Below, one piece after another: positions 41,215-51,364 of a stretch of DNA of 64,000 nt. The notes under the pieces were generated by a model, which was not told the DNA's origin, did no database searches, and was given only the letters and a program-made list of their open reading frames with translations. The stretch's first letter is position 1, and each line of letters starts with the position of its first letter. The DNA is from an uncultured Actinomycetota bacterium (lineage in GTDB: Bacteria > Actinomycetota > Humimicrobiia > Humimicrobiales > Humimicrobiaceae). Where the stretch lies: positions 13,075-77,074 of the forward strand of contig CAZKVH010000004.1 of NCBI GenBank assembly GCA_964556165.1, read 5' to 3'. The position numbers and the translations under genes are program-made.

Positions 41215-42204
41215 ATGAGACCAATTACAATTTTTACCGGACAGTGGGCCGATCTTACATTTGATGAGATGGGCAAGATAGCTTCTGGTATAGGTTATGA
41301 GGGTGTTGAAATAGCAGCATGGGGTAATCATTTAAATTCCCAGAAAGCTGCTGAAGATAAAGAATATGTGAAAGAGATTAAGGGAACTCTGGAAAAATAT
41401 AACCTGAAGGCATGGGCTATTGGCATGCATCTTACAGGTCAGCTTGTAGGTGACGTTATAGATAAAAGACACAGGGGCTTTGCAGCTTCTGACGTTGCCG
41501 ACACTCCTGAAGCAATAAGAGAATGGGGCATACAGCAGGTCAGGTATACAATTCAGGCAGCAAATAATCTTGGTATTAAAATTTTAACAGGTTTTATGGG
41601 TTCACCTATATGGAATTACTGGTATTCATTTCCACAGACTACGGAAGAAATGATAAAGGAAGGTTTTAATACCATAGTAGAGCGATGGACACCACTTTTT
41701 GATGAAATGGATAAATATGGCATAAAGTTTGCGCTTGAAGTGCACCCCACTGAAATAGCATTTGATTATTATACAACGGTTAAACTGCTTGAGGCTTTTG
41801 ATTACAGAAAAACTCTGGGTATTAATTTTGACCCGAGCCACCTTCTCTGGCAGGGAATGGAACCACATCTTTTTATAAGAGAGCTTCCGGATAGAATTTA
41901 TCATGTTCATATAAAAGATGTTTCCGTTACCCTTGACGGTCTGAATGGTATTCTTGGTTCACATCTTGAATTTGGCGATACAAGAAGGGGATGGAATTTC
42001 CGCTCACCTGGAAGAGGTGACGTAGATTTTTCATCTATAATAAGAGAGTTAAATCAGATAGGTTACGAGGGGCCACTTTCCGTAGAATGGGAAGATTCTG
42101 GTATGGATAGGCTAAGGGGCGCAACGGAAGCCTATGATTTCGTAAAGGAAATAAATATTTCACCAAGTGTTGTTGCATTTGATGATGCATTAAAAAATAA
42201 ATAG
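41215..42204 (+). CDS. sugar phosphate isomerase/epimerase (xylose-isomerase-like TIM barrel)
   Basis: 329 aa AP-endonuclease-2 / xylose-isomerase-like TIM barrel. This is not XylA itself. Confidence 0.8.
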   Translation: MRPITIFTGQWADLTFDEMGKIASGIGYEGVEIAAWGNHLNSQKAAEDKEYVKEIKGTLEKYNLKAWAIGMHLTGQLVGDVIDKRHRGFAASDVADTPEAIREWGIQQVRYTIQAANNLGIKILTGFMGSPIWNYWYSFPQTTEEMIKEGFNTIVERWTPLFDEMDKYGIKFALEVHPTEIAFDYYTTVKLLEAFDYRKTLGINFDPSHLLWQGMEPHLFIRELPDRIYHVHIKDVSVTLDGLNGILGSHLEFGDTRRGWNFRSPGRGDVDFSSIIRELNQIGYEGPLSVEWEDSGMDRLRGATEAYDFVKEINISPSVVAFDDALKNK

Positions 42205-42282
42205 TATATAGTTTATATTAAAGAGTTTATTAAGAGTAAGTTTGAGTAGCTGATTATATTATTAATTTGAATGGAGGTTGTA

Positions 42283-43602
42283 ATGAGAGAATATTTTCCA
42301 GAGATAAAAAAAGTAGAGTACACGGATGATAAGCTAAGAAGCGGACTATACTTCAGGCACTATAAAGCTGATGAAGTGGTTGGTGAAAGGAGAATGAGAG
42401 AACAACTTAAATTCTCCCTGGCTTACTGGCATACTATGTGTGCCGAAGGGACAGATATATTTGGAGAGGGTACGTGGATACGTCCCTGGAAGGAATATTC
42501 CGATCCAATGAAAGTAGCCGAAGAGAAAGTGTATGCAGCTTTTGAAATTATGCAGAAACTGGGGATAGATTACTTCTGCTTCCATGACAGAGACATAGCT
42601 CCGGAAGGCGATACCCTGAGCGAGACCAACAAAAATCTGGATAAGATAGTATCTTTAATAAAGAAGATGATGTCAGATACAGGAATTAAACTTCTCTGGG
42701 GCACGGCAAATCTCTTTAGCCGTTCAAGATTTATGCATGGGGCTTCAACAAGCTGTAACGCAGATGTTTTTGCTTATTCTGGGGCACAGGTAAAAAAAGC
42801 CCTGGAGATAACCATGGAACTCGGTGGTGAAAATTATGTATTCTGGGGAGGTAGAGAGGGTTATGAAACCCTGCTGAATACGGACATGAAGCTTGAACTT
42901 AATAATATGGCGTATTTTTTGAAGATGGCTGTTGATTATGCCAGGGAAATTGGGTTTGAAGGGCAGTTTTTAATTGAGCCAAAACCAAAAGAGCCTACAA
43001 AGCATCAATACGACTTTGATGTTGCGACTTCGCTGGCTTTCCTGAAATCTTATGGGCTCGATAGAGACTTTAAATTCAATATAGAAGCGAACCACGCAAC
43101 ACTTGCCGGCCATACGTTCCAGCATGATTTAAGAGTGGCGAGAATAAACGGTATGCTGGGTTCTGTAGATGCAAATCAGGGAGATATGCTGCTGGGCTGG
43201 GATACAGACCAATTTCCAACAGACCTGTATGTAACCACTCTCTGCATGTATGAAATATTAAAGATGGGAGGATTTGATAAGGGAGGATTGAATTTTGATG
43301 CAAAGGTAAGAAGGCCTTCGTATAAACCGGAAGATATATTTTATTCTCACGTAGCTGGTATGGATAGTTTTGCAAAGGGCTTAAAGGTTGCACAGAAGAT
43401 TTTAGATGACGGTGTTTTAGAGGATTTTATTGAAGAAAGATATAGCAGCTACAGGGCAGGGATAGGTAAAGAAATTTCAGAGAGAAGAGTTGATTTAAAA
43501 TCCCTTGAAAAATATGCGCTGGGACTAAAGGAAATAAATAATCCTTCCGGTATGCAGGAGTATCTGGAGAGTTTATTGAATGAGTACATACTGAGCGTGT
43601 AA
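42283..43602 (+). CDS. xylA: xylose isomerase
   Basis: Canonical XylA motifs [58 protein letters not shown] places the start at the ATG at 42283. The track ORF begins four codons earlier. Confidence 0.9.
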   Translation: MREYFPEIKKVEYTDDKLRSGLYFRHYKADEVVGERRMREQLKFSLAYWHTMCAEGTDIFGEGTWIRPWKEYSDPMKVAEEKVYAAFEIMQKLGIDYFCFHDRDIAPEGDTLSETNKNLDKIVSLIKKMMSDTGIKLLWGTANLFSRSRFMHGASTSCNADVFAYSGAQVKKALEITMELGGENYVFWGGREGYETLLNTDMKLELNNMAYFLKMAVDYAREIGFEGQFLIEPKPKEPTKHQYDFDVATSLAFLKSYGLDRDFKFNIEANHATLAGHTFQHDLRVARINGMLGSVDANQGDMLLGWDTDQFPTDLYVTTLCMYEILKMGGFDKGGLNFDAKVRRPSYKPEDIFYSHVAGMDSFAKGLKVAQKILDDGVLEDFIEERYSSYRAGIGKEISERRVDLKSLEKYALGLKEINNPSGMQEYLESLLNEYILSV

Positions 43603-43668
43603 AAAAACAGTAAATAAAAAAACAGTAAAAAAATATTTTATTAAAATTTAATTTTTAGGAGTTAATTT

Positions 43669-45195
43669 ATGGGCGTTCTTATGGGTATTGATGTGGGAAC
43701 AACATCAACAAAGTGTATATTAATGGATGAATCAGGAAACCTGATTGCATCGTCAAGCAAAGAGTATGAGATTGAAACCCCTGCAGCTGGATGGGCAGAG
43801 CAGGACCCCGATATGTGGTGGGACTCGACCATATATGTAATCAGGGATATTATGAAGAGGTCAGGAGTTAAACCTGGAGATATACTGGCTGTAGGTCTTA
43901 CAGGGCAGATGCATGGTTCCGTTTTTCTGGATAATGAAGGTAAAGTTATAAGACCTGCGATATTATGGTGCGACCAGAGGACATATTCTCAATGTGATAG
44001 AATTTACGATATTTTTGGAGGGGAGAGAGAATTTATAAAACTTTCTTATAACAAAGCTCTTACGGGTTTTACCGCACCCAAGATATTGTGGCTATCTGAA
44101 GTTGAGCCTTATAATTATGAAAAGATAAGCAAGATTTTACTGCCAAAAGATTATATAAGATATAAGTTGTCCGGTACTTTTGCAACCGAGGTGTCTGATG
44201 CTTCAGGCACTATACTTTTTAATATTAAAGATAGAAAGTGGTCTGATGAGATAATAGCCGGACTGTCTATAAATAAAGATTTTCTCCCACCTGTATTTGA
44301 ATCATCAGAGGTATCTTCTTATGTATCTAAAGAAGCTTCTGAACTTACAGGTTTATCGCAGGGTACTCCTATAGTAGGTGGTGGAGGAGACCAGGCTGCC
44401 GGGGCAGTAGGTTCAGGAATTGTATATGAAGGCATAATTTCTGATTATATTGGAACTTCCGGAGTATTATTCGCTCATTCTGATATACCGGTATATGATC
44501 CGGAAGGCAGACTTCATTCATTCTGTCATGCTGTAAAAGGGGCATGGCATCTTATGGGTGTAACACTTGCAGCTTCAGGATCGTACAAATGGTATTATGA
44601 TAACTTTGGAATTATGGATAATGTAGCCTCTGAATATAAAGAATTATCGGGATATGAGTTATTAAATAAGCAGGCAGAGAAAACACCTCCCGGTGCTGAA
44701 GGCTTACTTTTCTTGCCTTATCTTTTTGGTGAGAGAACACCTTATTCAGATCCTTATGCACGGGGGACATTCTTTGGTATATCTTATGTACACGGAGGGT
44801 CTCATTTTGCGAGAGCAGTTATGGAAGGAGTTGCTTATTCTCAGCTAGACTGCTTAAACATTATGAAGAACCTTGGAATAAATTCAGACAAGATTGTTTT
44901 ATTTGGTGGGGGCGCAAAATCGATGCTATGGCGACGTATTATGTCTGATGTACTTGATACAAGGATAGTTACCTTAAACGTTGAAGAAGGTCCTTCTTAT
45001 GGAGCGGCAATTATAGCCGGTGTGGGAGTAGGGATATATAAGGATGTTAGAGAAGCGGCAAATATAATAATAAAAGAGACTTCAGAAATAAGTCCGGATA
45101 GTGAAAATGCAGATAGATATTTAAAATACTATAAAATATATAAATCACTTTATAGTAATCTAAAAGGAGAGTTTAAGGAGCTTGCTGCTATTTAG
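43669..45195 (+). CDS. xylB: xylulokinase (FGGY family)
   Basis: 508 aa FGGY kinase with N- and C-terminal actin-like domains (GIDVGTTSTK). It lies immediately after xylA. Confidence 0.85.
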   Translation: MGVLMGIDVGTTSTKCILMDESGNLIASSSKEYEIETPAAGWAEQDPDMWWDSTIYVIRDIMKRSGVKPGDILAVGLTGQMHGSVFLDNEGKVIRPAILWCDQRTYSQCDRIYDIFGGEREFIKLSYNKALTGFTAPKILWLSEVEPYNYEKISKILLPKDYIRYKLSGTFATEVSDASGTILFNIKDRKWSDEIIAGLSINKDFLPPVFESSEVSSYVSKEASELTGLSQGTPIVGGGGDQAAGAVGSGIVYEGIISDYIGTSGVLFAHSDIPVYDPEGRLHSFCHAVKGAWHLMGVTLAASGSYKWYYDNFGIMDNVASEYKELSGYELLNKQAEKTPPGAEGLLFLPYLFGERTPYSDPYARGTFFGISYVHGGSHFARAVMEGVAYSQLDCLNIMKNLGINSDKIVLFGGGAKSMLWRRIMSDVLDTRIVTLNVEEGPSYGAAIIAGVGVGIYKDVREAANIIIKETSEISPDSENADRYLKYYKIYKSLYSNLKGEFKELAAI

Positions 45196-45490
45196 AAATT
45201 AATCGTAAAATCTTATCAAGGATTCTCAGGTTGATTCAATAGAGTAATTTTTTCAATAGACCCATATTTATATAAACTGTTGTCTAACTGCCAGCTTTAA
45301 AAGTATTTTTTTAAGTCAAAAAAAGGGCCAAAAAAAAGAAGACTTTACAAGTAGTTTATAATTTAGATAAAGATGATGAAAAAGTCTGACTACCGAAAGC
45401 TTTCTCAGTAAAGTTTATACTTTTTTAGAGTTGTGGTTTTTAATTTTTAAAGTAATGTAAGTACAAATAATGTGGGGAGGGGAAAATAAG

Positions 45491-46219
45491 ATGATGCAGC
45501 TCAGCACATTTGCATGGATTGCGATTTTTGCAATCAGTGCTGCAATAGTCAATGGTATAGGTATATTGGTTATTTTTAAAAACAGGAAGTGGGCCGAAAA
45601 AGCAAAAGTATATTTTATGTGTTTTGCTTCAGGAGTCCTTATATCTTCTCCTCTTATAATTGCTTTTCCTCAGGCAATAAACAAAAATTCCTATGCGGGG
45701 TATGCAACTTTAATAGGATTTTTATTTATGTTTTTTAGCAATAGAATAATAAAATATGCAACCAAACAAAAAGAAATTGCTTTTGGGATTACCGCTATAG
45801 AGGGAATAGGTATACATTCTTTCGTAGATGGGATTATTTATTCTGTAACTTTTAGTGCAAGTATATTAACCGGCTTTCTTGCAGGTACCGGTCTGGTAGT
45901 TCATGAATTTGCAGAAGGTGTAATTACTTATTCTATTTTAATAAAAGGAGGATTTAAAGAAAAGAAAGCAGCGCTTTACGCTCTTTTCGTGGCAGCACTT
46001 ACAACTCCTCTTGGTGCATTTATTGCCTACCCATTTATAAATAAACTGAGTGATTATTTTCTTGGTCTGGCGCTTGGTTTCGTTGTCGGGGTTTTAGTTT
46101 ATATATCTGCTTCACATCTTTTACCTGAAGCTCAGAAGCATCAGAAAAAGCATTCAATTACGGCATTTTTACTTGGAATAGCACTTGCTATCTTTATAGC
46201 ATTTACTAAAGTTGTTTAA
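45491..46219 (+). CDS. ZIP-family divalent metal (zinc) transporter, ZupT-like
   Basis: About 8 TM segments with the HEFAEG metal-binding motif. A GGGAGGG RBS lies inside the track ORF, so the start is probably the ATG at 45491. Confidence 0.7.
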   Translation: MMQLSTFAWIAIFAISAAIVNGIGILVIFKNRKWAEKAKVYFMCFASGVLISSPLIIAFPQAINKNSYAGYATLIGFLFMFFSNRIIKYATKQKEIAFGITAIEGIGIHSFVDGIIYSVTFSASILTGFLAGTGLVVHEFAEGVITYSILIKGGFKEKKAALYALFVAALTTPLGAFIAYPFINKLSDYFLGLALGFVVGVLVYISASHLLPEAQKHQKKHSITAFLLGIALAIFIAFTKVV

Positions 46220-46315
46220 TACCTTTATTATATTTATAATATCTACAGAATATAAAAAATATTTTTAAATTGCTTTTTTTATCGGAGTAGAGACTGAATA
46301 AAAATATAATTTAAC

Positions 46316-46344
46316 TTGACAAAAATAATGTTTTTTTTTAGTAT
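46316..46344 (+). promoter_or_regulatory. sigma70-like promoter (TTGACA-17-TAGTAT) with a ~360-nt leader before the SBP gene
   Basis: The -35 and -10 hexamers with 17-nt spacing are read directly from the sequence. Confidence 0.35.
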
Positions 46345-46702
46345 TTGAACATATTGCTAATTACTGCACATTTGTTCAGATTTTAATGTTATTATTTTTT
46401 ATTTCGTGTGGAGGGAGATAGTATACCAGATACAATAGATTAAAAAGCTTTAAAAAATCATATATAATTCTCGTAAAGAGAGATTTATCTTTTTTATAAA
46501 AAATTAACAAAAACAGTAAGATAGGAGGTGAACTCTAAAAAAAGATTAGAGGCAATGAACAAAAGAGTTCACGATGTTAACGAAATTGCATGAGAGTTGG
46601 AGTTGCCTTTAGTCTAGATGGTGTATTAGCAAAAGGAATATGCTTGAGGACAACGATTCGATTAAGTTTTGTACCTTGAGCGAAGCGAAAGGAATAGGTA
46701 AA

Positions 46703-47716
46703 ATGAAAAAATCATTATTGTGGTTCATAGTTCTTGCAGTAAGTATTGCTATGCTTTCAGTGTTCTCATTTAGTGGTTGCAAAGCAGAAGAAGAAGCAGC
46801 TGAAGAGGAAGCACCTGCTGAAGAAGTTGAAGAGGAAGCACCTGCTGAAGAAGAAGCAGCTGAAGAGCCGATAGAAATAGCTCTTATTGTAAAATCAGTA
46901 AATTCAGAATTCTGGCAGAATATGCTTGATGGAGGAGAAAAATTTGACGAGGAAAATGACAACGTTAATGTTACTCCTTATGGTCCTGATTCAGAAACTG
47001 ATATAGAAGGGGCTGTTACCATTCTGGAAAATGTTGTAACAAGTGAACCTGATGCAATAGTAGTTGCATCACAGTCAGGAGAGGGTGCAGTACCGGCAGT
47101 TGATCTTGCAATGAGCCAGGGAATACCGGTTATAACGACAGATACTGTTATACCGACTGAAGTAGTTAGCCATCTGGCAACAGATAATAAAGCAGGTGGA
47201 ATGACCGCTGCAGAAACAATGGCTGAGGTTCTTGATGAAAATGGTATAGAAAAGAAAGGTACTGTAGTTATAATGCACGTAGTGGTTTGTGACACGGATA
47301 CCCTGAGGGGCGAAGGTTTTGATGAAAAATTGAGCGAACTTGCTCCAGATATCAATATAGTTCATTCTAATTATACTGACGATAAAGTAGAAGTGGCAAT
47401 GACTACTACAGAAGAACTTATTACTGCTTATGATGACCTGATTGGTATATTCGGAATTGATTACAATATTGGAGAGGGAATAGCCCTTGCTATCGAGCAG
47501 GCAGCACTTCAGGATGAAGTAATGGTGGTAGCTTTTGACGATTCTGAGGCTGAAATAGAAGCACTGAAAAAAGATGTTATTAAAGCTCTAATTGTTCAGA
47601 ATCCTTACAATATGGGATATTTAGGATGCGGTTTAGCAGTTAAAGCTTTACAGGGTGAAGAAGTAGAAGAATATGTAGACACCGGTGTTAAAGTAGTTCG
47701 GAAAGAAGATGTGTAA
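46703..47716 (+). CDS. sugar/polyol ABC transporter substrate-binding lipoprotein with an acidic linker
   Basis: MKKSLLWFIVLAVSIAMLSVFSFSGC signal peptide plus lipobox, an EEEAPAEE tether and a PBP type I fold. An RBS (AAGGAATAGG) precedes the ATG at 46703. The track ORF starts 63 nt earlier. Confidence 0.8.
   Translation: MKKSLLWFIVLAVSIAMLSVFSFSGCKAEEEAAEEEAPAEEVEEEAPAEEEAAEEPIEIALIVKSVNSEFWQNMLDGGEKFDEENDNVNVTPYGPDSETDIEGAVTILENVVTSEPDAIVVASQSGEGAVPAVDLAMSQGIPVITTDTVIPTEVVSHLATDNKAGGMTAAETMAEVLDENGIEKKGTVVIMHVVVCDTDTLRGEGFDEKLSELAPDINIVHSNYTDDKVEVAMTTTEELITAYDDLIGIFGIDYNIGEGIALAIEQAALQDEVMVVAFDDSEAEIEALKKDVIKALIVQNPYNMGYLGCGLAVKALQGEEVEEYVDTGVKVVRKEDV
46783..46870 (+). repeat. acidic-linker coding repeat with a near-exact 27-nt tandem duplication
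   Basis: GAAGAGGAAGCACCTGCTGAAGAAG occurs twice in tandem with period 27 nt. Confidence 0.6.
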
Positions 47717-47782
47717 TAATAATGGCATAGGCTATAATAATTAAACAGGAATGATGTAGTATTATTATTGCATATAAAAATT

Positions 47783-47842
47783 ACGGGCAATGTTATTTCC
47801 TAATAATATTGCCCGTAAAAAATAATGTTTTTTTACAAAAAA
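47783..47842 (+). terminator. intra-operon terminator/attenuator hairpin between the SBP and ATPase genes
   Basis: 9-bp perfect stem ACGGGCAAT / ATTGCCCGT with a 26-nt loop, followed by an A/T-rich tract ending in TTTTTTT. Confidence 0.45.
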
Positions 47843-47961
47843 TAATTTAATCATTAAGGTTTTGTAGTATTATTATATATTAAAATATATAAGATGCAGT
47901 TAATCCGACAAAATAATTTATAAATATTAATTTTTCCCTTAAGAGAGCTGGAGTAAAACGG

Positions 47962-49482
47962 ATGACTTTAGAAAATAAAGAGATAATAAGGATGGAAAAA
48001 ATTTGCAAGCAATTCCCTGGTGTGCAGGCGCTTGAAAATGTAGATTTTTCAATTTATGAAGGACAGATTCACGGTCTTGTAGGTGAGAACGGAGCAGGTA
48101 AGTCAACACTGATTAAAATGCTTACAGGGGCGCTCCAACCTACCAGCGGAGATATATTTATTGATGGTAATAAAGTTGTCATCAGCGACCCAATAGTAGC
48201 CAGAAAATTTAAAATAGGGGCAGTATATCAGGATCTGACTGTTGCCAAGGATCTAACTGTGGCGGAGAACTTTTTTCTCGGGCAGATTCCAAGGAACCGT
48301 TTCGGGATAGTTCGCTGGAGATATATGTCCAAAAAAGCAGCTGAGGTTTTAAAAGAACTGAATATAAGAGTTGACCCGAACATGATCCTCGAAAAGCTTA
48401 CCGCAGCCCAGAAAGAAATGGTTCTAATCGCCAAGCAGTATTTTAAAAAGTACAGAGTAGTTATTTTTGACGAGCCTACCGCACTTTTAACCAGTAAAGA
48501 TACAGACGAATTATTTCAGATAATAAGAAAGTTAAAAAAAGAAGGTGTCGGTATTATTTATATATCTCACCGCATAGAAGAAGTTTTTGAAATTTGTGAC
48601 ACAGTAACAGTGTTGCGTGATGGGAAGAAAATTGATTCTATACCCATTAGCGAAACTGATATAGATGGGCTTATCTCAAAGATGGTTGGACGGGATGTTT
48701 CCGATATGTACTCAATAACCCACCAGAGTTTAACCGAGGAAATACTCAGAGTTGAAAATTTATCAAAGGCAAAGGTATTTGAAAATATTAATTTCACTGT
48801 TAATCGCGGTGAGATATTCGGGCTTTTTGGTCTGGTGAATTCCGGTGCAACAAATATAGCGAGAGCAATATATGGTGCTGCCAGATTTGACCGGGGCGAT
48901 GTATACATAGACTCTAAAAAAGTAAAAATAAATTCACCCTCCATAGCAGTTGAGAATGGTATGGGCTTTCTTCCAGAAGATAAAAAAATTGAGGGGCTGG
49001 CTATAAAATTATCTGTCAGACATAATATTAATCTGGGTTCTTATCCAAAGATATCAAGGATGGGTTTTGTAAAAGGAAAGCTTGAAGTTAATAATGCAGT
49101 AGAACAGGTCGAAGCCTTAAACATTAGAACACCGGGGATAGAACAGACAGTCATGAATCTAAGTGGTGGGAACCAGCAGAAAGTTGTTCTTGCGAAGTGG
49201 CTGGTAAATAAGTGTAAAATCTTCATTTTTGAAGAGCCTACTGCAGGAATTGATGTCGGCGCAAAAGAAGAAATATATAAAATATTGGAGTTACTTATTA
49301 AAAAAGGGAGTGCTATCGTCATGATTTCTTCCTACCTTCCCGAGTTGATGGGTATAGCTGACCGGATAACAGTAATCTATGAGGGAAGGCAGATGGGAAC
49401 TCTATCAAGGAACGAATTCAATGAGAAAAGGTTTCTACAGCTTGCTTCCGGTATTAATTTTAAGGAGGATAAAGTTAGATGA
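47962..49482 (+). CDS. sugar ABC transporter ATP-binding protein (duplicated ABC domains)
   Basis: 506 aa with two Walker A motifs (GENGAGKST and an NSGATN variant) and the LSGGNQQK signature. Confidence 0.85.
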   Translation: MTLENKEIIRMEKICKQFPGVQALENVDFSIYEGQIHGLVGENGAGKSTLIKMLTGALQPTSGDIFIDGNKVVISDPIVARKFKIGAVYQDLTVAKDLTVAENFFLGQIPRNRFGIVRWRYMSKKAAEVLKELNIRVDPNMILEKLTAAQKEMVLIAKQYFKKYRVVIFDEPTALLTSKDTDELFQIIRKLKKEGVGIIYISHRIEEVFEICDTVTVLRDGKKIDSIPISETDIDGLISKMVGRDVSDMYSITHQSLTEEILRVENLSKAKVFENINFTVNRGEIFGLFGLVNSGATNIARAIYGAARFDRGDVYIDSKKVKINSPSIAVENGMGFLPEDKKIEGLAIKLSVRHNINLGSYPKISRMGFVKGKLEVNNAVEQVEALNIRTPGIEQTVMNLSGGNQQKVVLAKWLVNKCKIFIFEEPTAGIDVGAKEEIYKILELLIKKGSAIVMISSYLPELMGIADRITVIYEGRQMGTLSRNEFNEKRFLQLASGINFKEDKVR

Positions 49483-50453
49483 TTAAAGACAAAGTTAAAC
49501 AAATGGTAGATGGCTTTAAAAGATTTACAGGTAGATTTCATGAAATGAATATTTTTCTGGTTTTAGTTGTTTTAATCGTGGCTTTTTCATTATTAAATAG
49601 AAGGTTTATAACTTTTGGGAATATAACCAATCTTTTAAGGTCAACATCAATCATCGGAGTTGTCTCCCTTGGGATGACATTTGTAATCATTTCTGGAGGT
49701 ATTGATCTTTCTGTAGGATCGGTTGTAGCTTTAAGCAGTGTGATTGCTGCAAAGTTGATGGTCTCAGGTATTCCGATACCTATAGCGATTATTGTCAGTC
49801 TCATAGCCGGAGCACTGGCAGGGCTATTGATGGGTGTTATTATTTATGAAGGAAAGGTTCCCCCATTTATTGTAACTCTGGCCGGGTTGAGTGTCTTCAG
49901 GGGAATTGCCATGCTTCTTACAGGTGCTAAAAAAATTATTGGTCTGCCTGATATTTTTGAAAACTTTGCTGTTCAGAGGTTTCTTGGCATACCGGCCATG
50001 GCAATTGTCTGGGTGATTCTTGTTATCGTAGGGGTTGTTATAACCCGTTATACAGTTTTTGGGAGAAATATTTATGCCATTGGAAGTAATCAGGAAGCTG
50101 CAAGATTGTCAGGGATAAATATTAGAGCTACATATTATAGAGTATATACCCTGGGTGGGCTTGCTTCGGCGATTGCAGGTATTCTTATAACTGCAAGACT
50201 TGCTGGAGGTGCCCCATACTCGGGAGGCGGATACGAACTCGAAGCAATTGCTGCAACTGTTTTAGGAGGTACTTCACTAACAGGAGGAATTGGAGGAATG
50301 TTTGGAACATTTTTTGGTACCCTGATTATTGCCACGATTTCCAATGGAGGCAATATTATGGGTATAAATCCTTTTGTCCTCGAGATTATTATCGGTATTC
50401 TAATAGTACTGGCGGTAGTATTTGACCATCTCCAGAAAAGAAGGGGAATTTAG
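49479..50453 (+). CDS. sugar ABC transporter permease (RbsC family)
   Basis: 324 aa polytopic protein. An ATGA overlap with the ATPase stop indicates translational coupling. Confidence 0.8.
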   Translation: MIKDKVKQMVDGFKRFTGRFHEMNIFLVLVVLIVAFSLLNRRFITFGNITNLLRSTSIIGVVSLGMTFVIISGGIDLSVGSVVALSSVIAAKLMVSGIPIPIAIIVSLIAGALAGLLMGVIIYEGKVPPFIVTLAGLSVFRGIAMLLTGAKKIIGLPDIFENFAVQRFLGIPAMAIVWVILVIVGVVITRYTVFGRNIYAIGSNQEAARLSGINIRATYYRVYTLGGLASAIAGILITARLAGGAPYSGGGYELEAIAATVLGGTSLTGGIGGMFGTFFGTLIIATISNGGNIMGINPFVLEIIIGILIVLAVVFDHLQKRRGI

Positions 50454-50528
50454 TAGTTTTTAATAGAGAATACCATGAAAGTTTAATTAGTAATATAAAA
50501 AATTGACAGAGAAAGAGATTAATAAGAT

Positions 50529-51329
50529 ATGTCTGGAAAAGAAAATAATTTTGATAGTTTGTATAAAGCTGAAGAGTCTATCTTCGGTGTATATGGAAAG
50601 TCGGCAGTTATTACCGGTGCAGGAAGGGGGATTGGCAAATCGATTGCTCTTCTTCTATCCAAGCTTGGTGTGAAAGTGGGCATTATTGATATTACCCCTG
50701 ATGGAGAATCTGCAGCGGAAGAAATCAGAAAAGCAGGAGGCGAAGCAATATTCGTTAAGGGAAATGTGACTGATACTGAACAGATAGAAGCCTGTATGTC
50801 AGGAATAGCTAAAGAATTTGGCGGGATTGACTTTCTGGTAAATAATGCGGGAATATCGGACCAGGTTCCGTTTGAAGAATTAAAAATCGAGCTCTGGAAT
50901 AAGATAATAAATGTAAATTTGACAGGAGCTTACATCTGTACAAAATCTGCGCTAAATTATTTGAAACAAAAAGAATCTTCAAGTATCGTAATGTTTTCTT
51001 CCGGTTCAGTGATAACAGGGACCGGGGGATGCCCGGCTTACGCTGCTGCAAAGGGAGGTATAGTCAGTCTTACGAGAGCTCTGGCACGTGAACTTTCTGT
51101 TTACAAAATACGTGTTAATGCTGTTGCTCCGAGAAATGTCCGTACCGAGATGCTGGAAACTGTATTCAGTAAGGATGAAATAGCCAAAAAGGAAGAGCAT
51201 ATACCTTTAAAGAGGCTTGGCAGCGTAGAGGATATTGCGAATGCAGTACTATTTTTATTGAGTAAAATGTCAGACTATATCACCGGAGAGACCATATTAA
51301 TTGATGGGGGAAGAACTTATCTGGGCTAA
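50529..51329 (+). CDS. SDR-family oxidoreductase (candidate polyol/sugar dehydrogenase)
   Basis: TGAGRGIGK Rossmann motif and the NNAG and YxxxK catalytic motifs, 266 aa. Confidence 0.8.
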   Translation: MSGKENNFDSLYKAEESIFGVYGKSAVITGAGRGIGKSIALLLSKLGVKVGIIDITPDGESAAEEIRKAGGEAIFVKGNVTDTEQIEACMSGIAKEFGGIDFLVNNAGISDQVPFEELKIELWNKIINVNLTGAYICTKSALNYLKQKESSSIVMFSSGSVITGTGGCPAYAAAKGGIVSLTRALARELSVYKIRVNAVAPRNVRTEMLETVFSKDEIAKKEEHIPLKRLGSVEDIANAVLFLLSKMSDYITGETILIDGGRTYLG

Positions 51330-51364
51330 ACTTACTGTAAAACAGGTTAACCGGGTATTGGAAT

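Noticed and set aside
50460-50528. TTGACA promoter-like hexamer upstream of the SDR gene
   Set aside because: No suitably spaced -10 element is present, and it lies too close to the start codon. It is likely a chance match inside an operon that appears co-transcribed.
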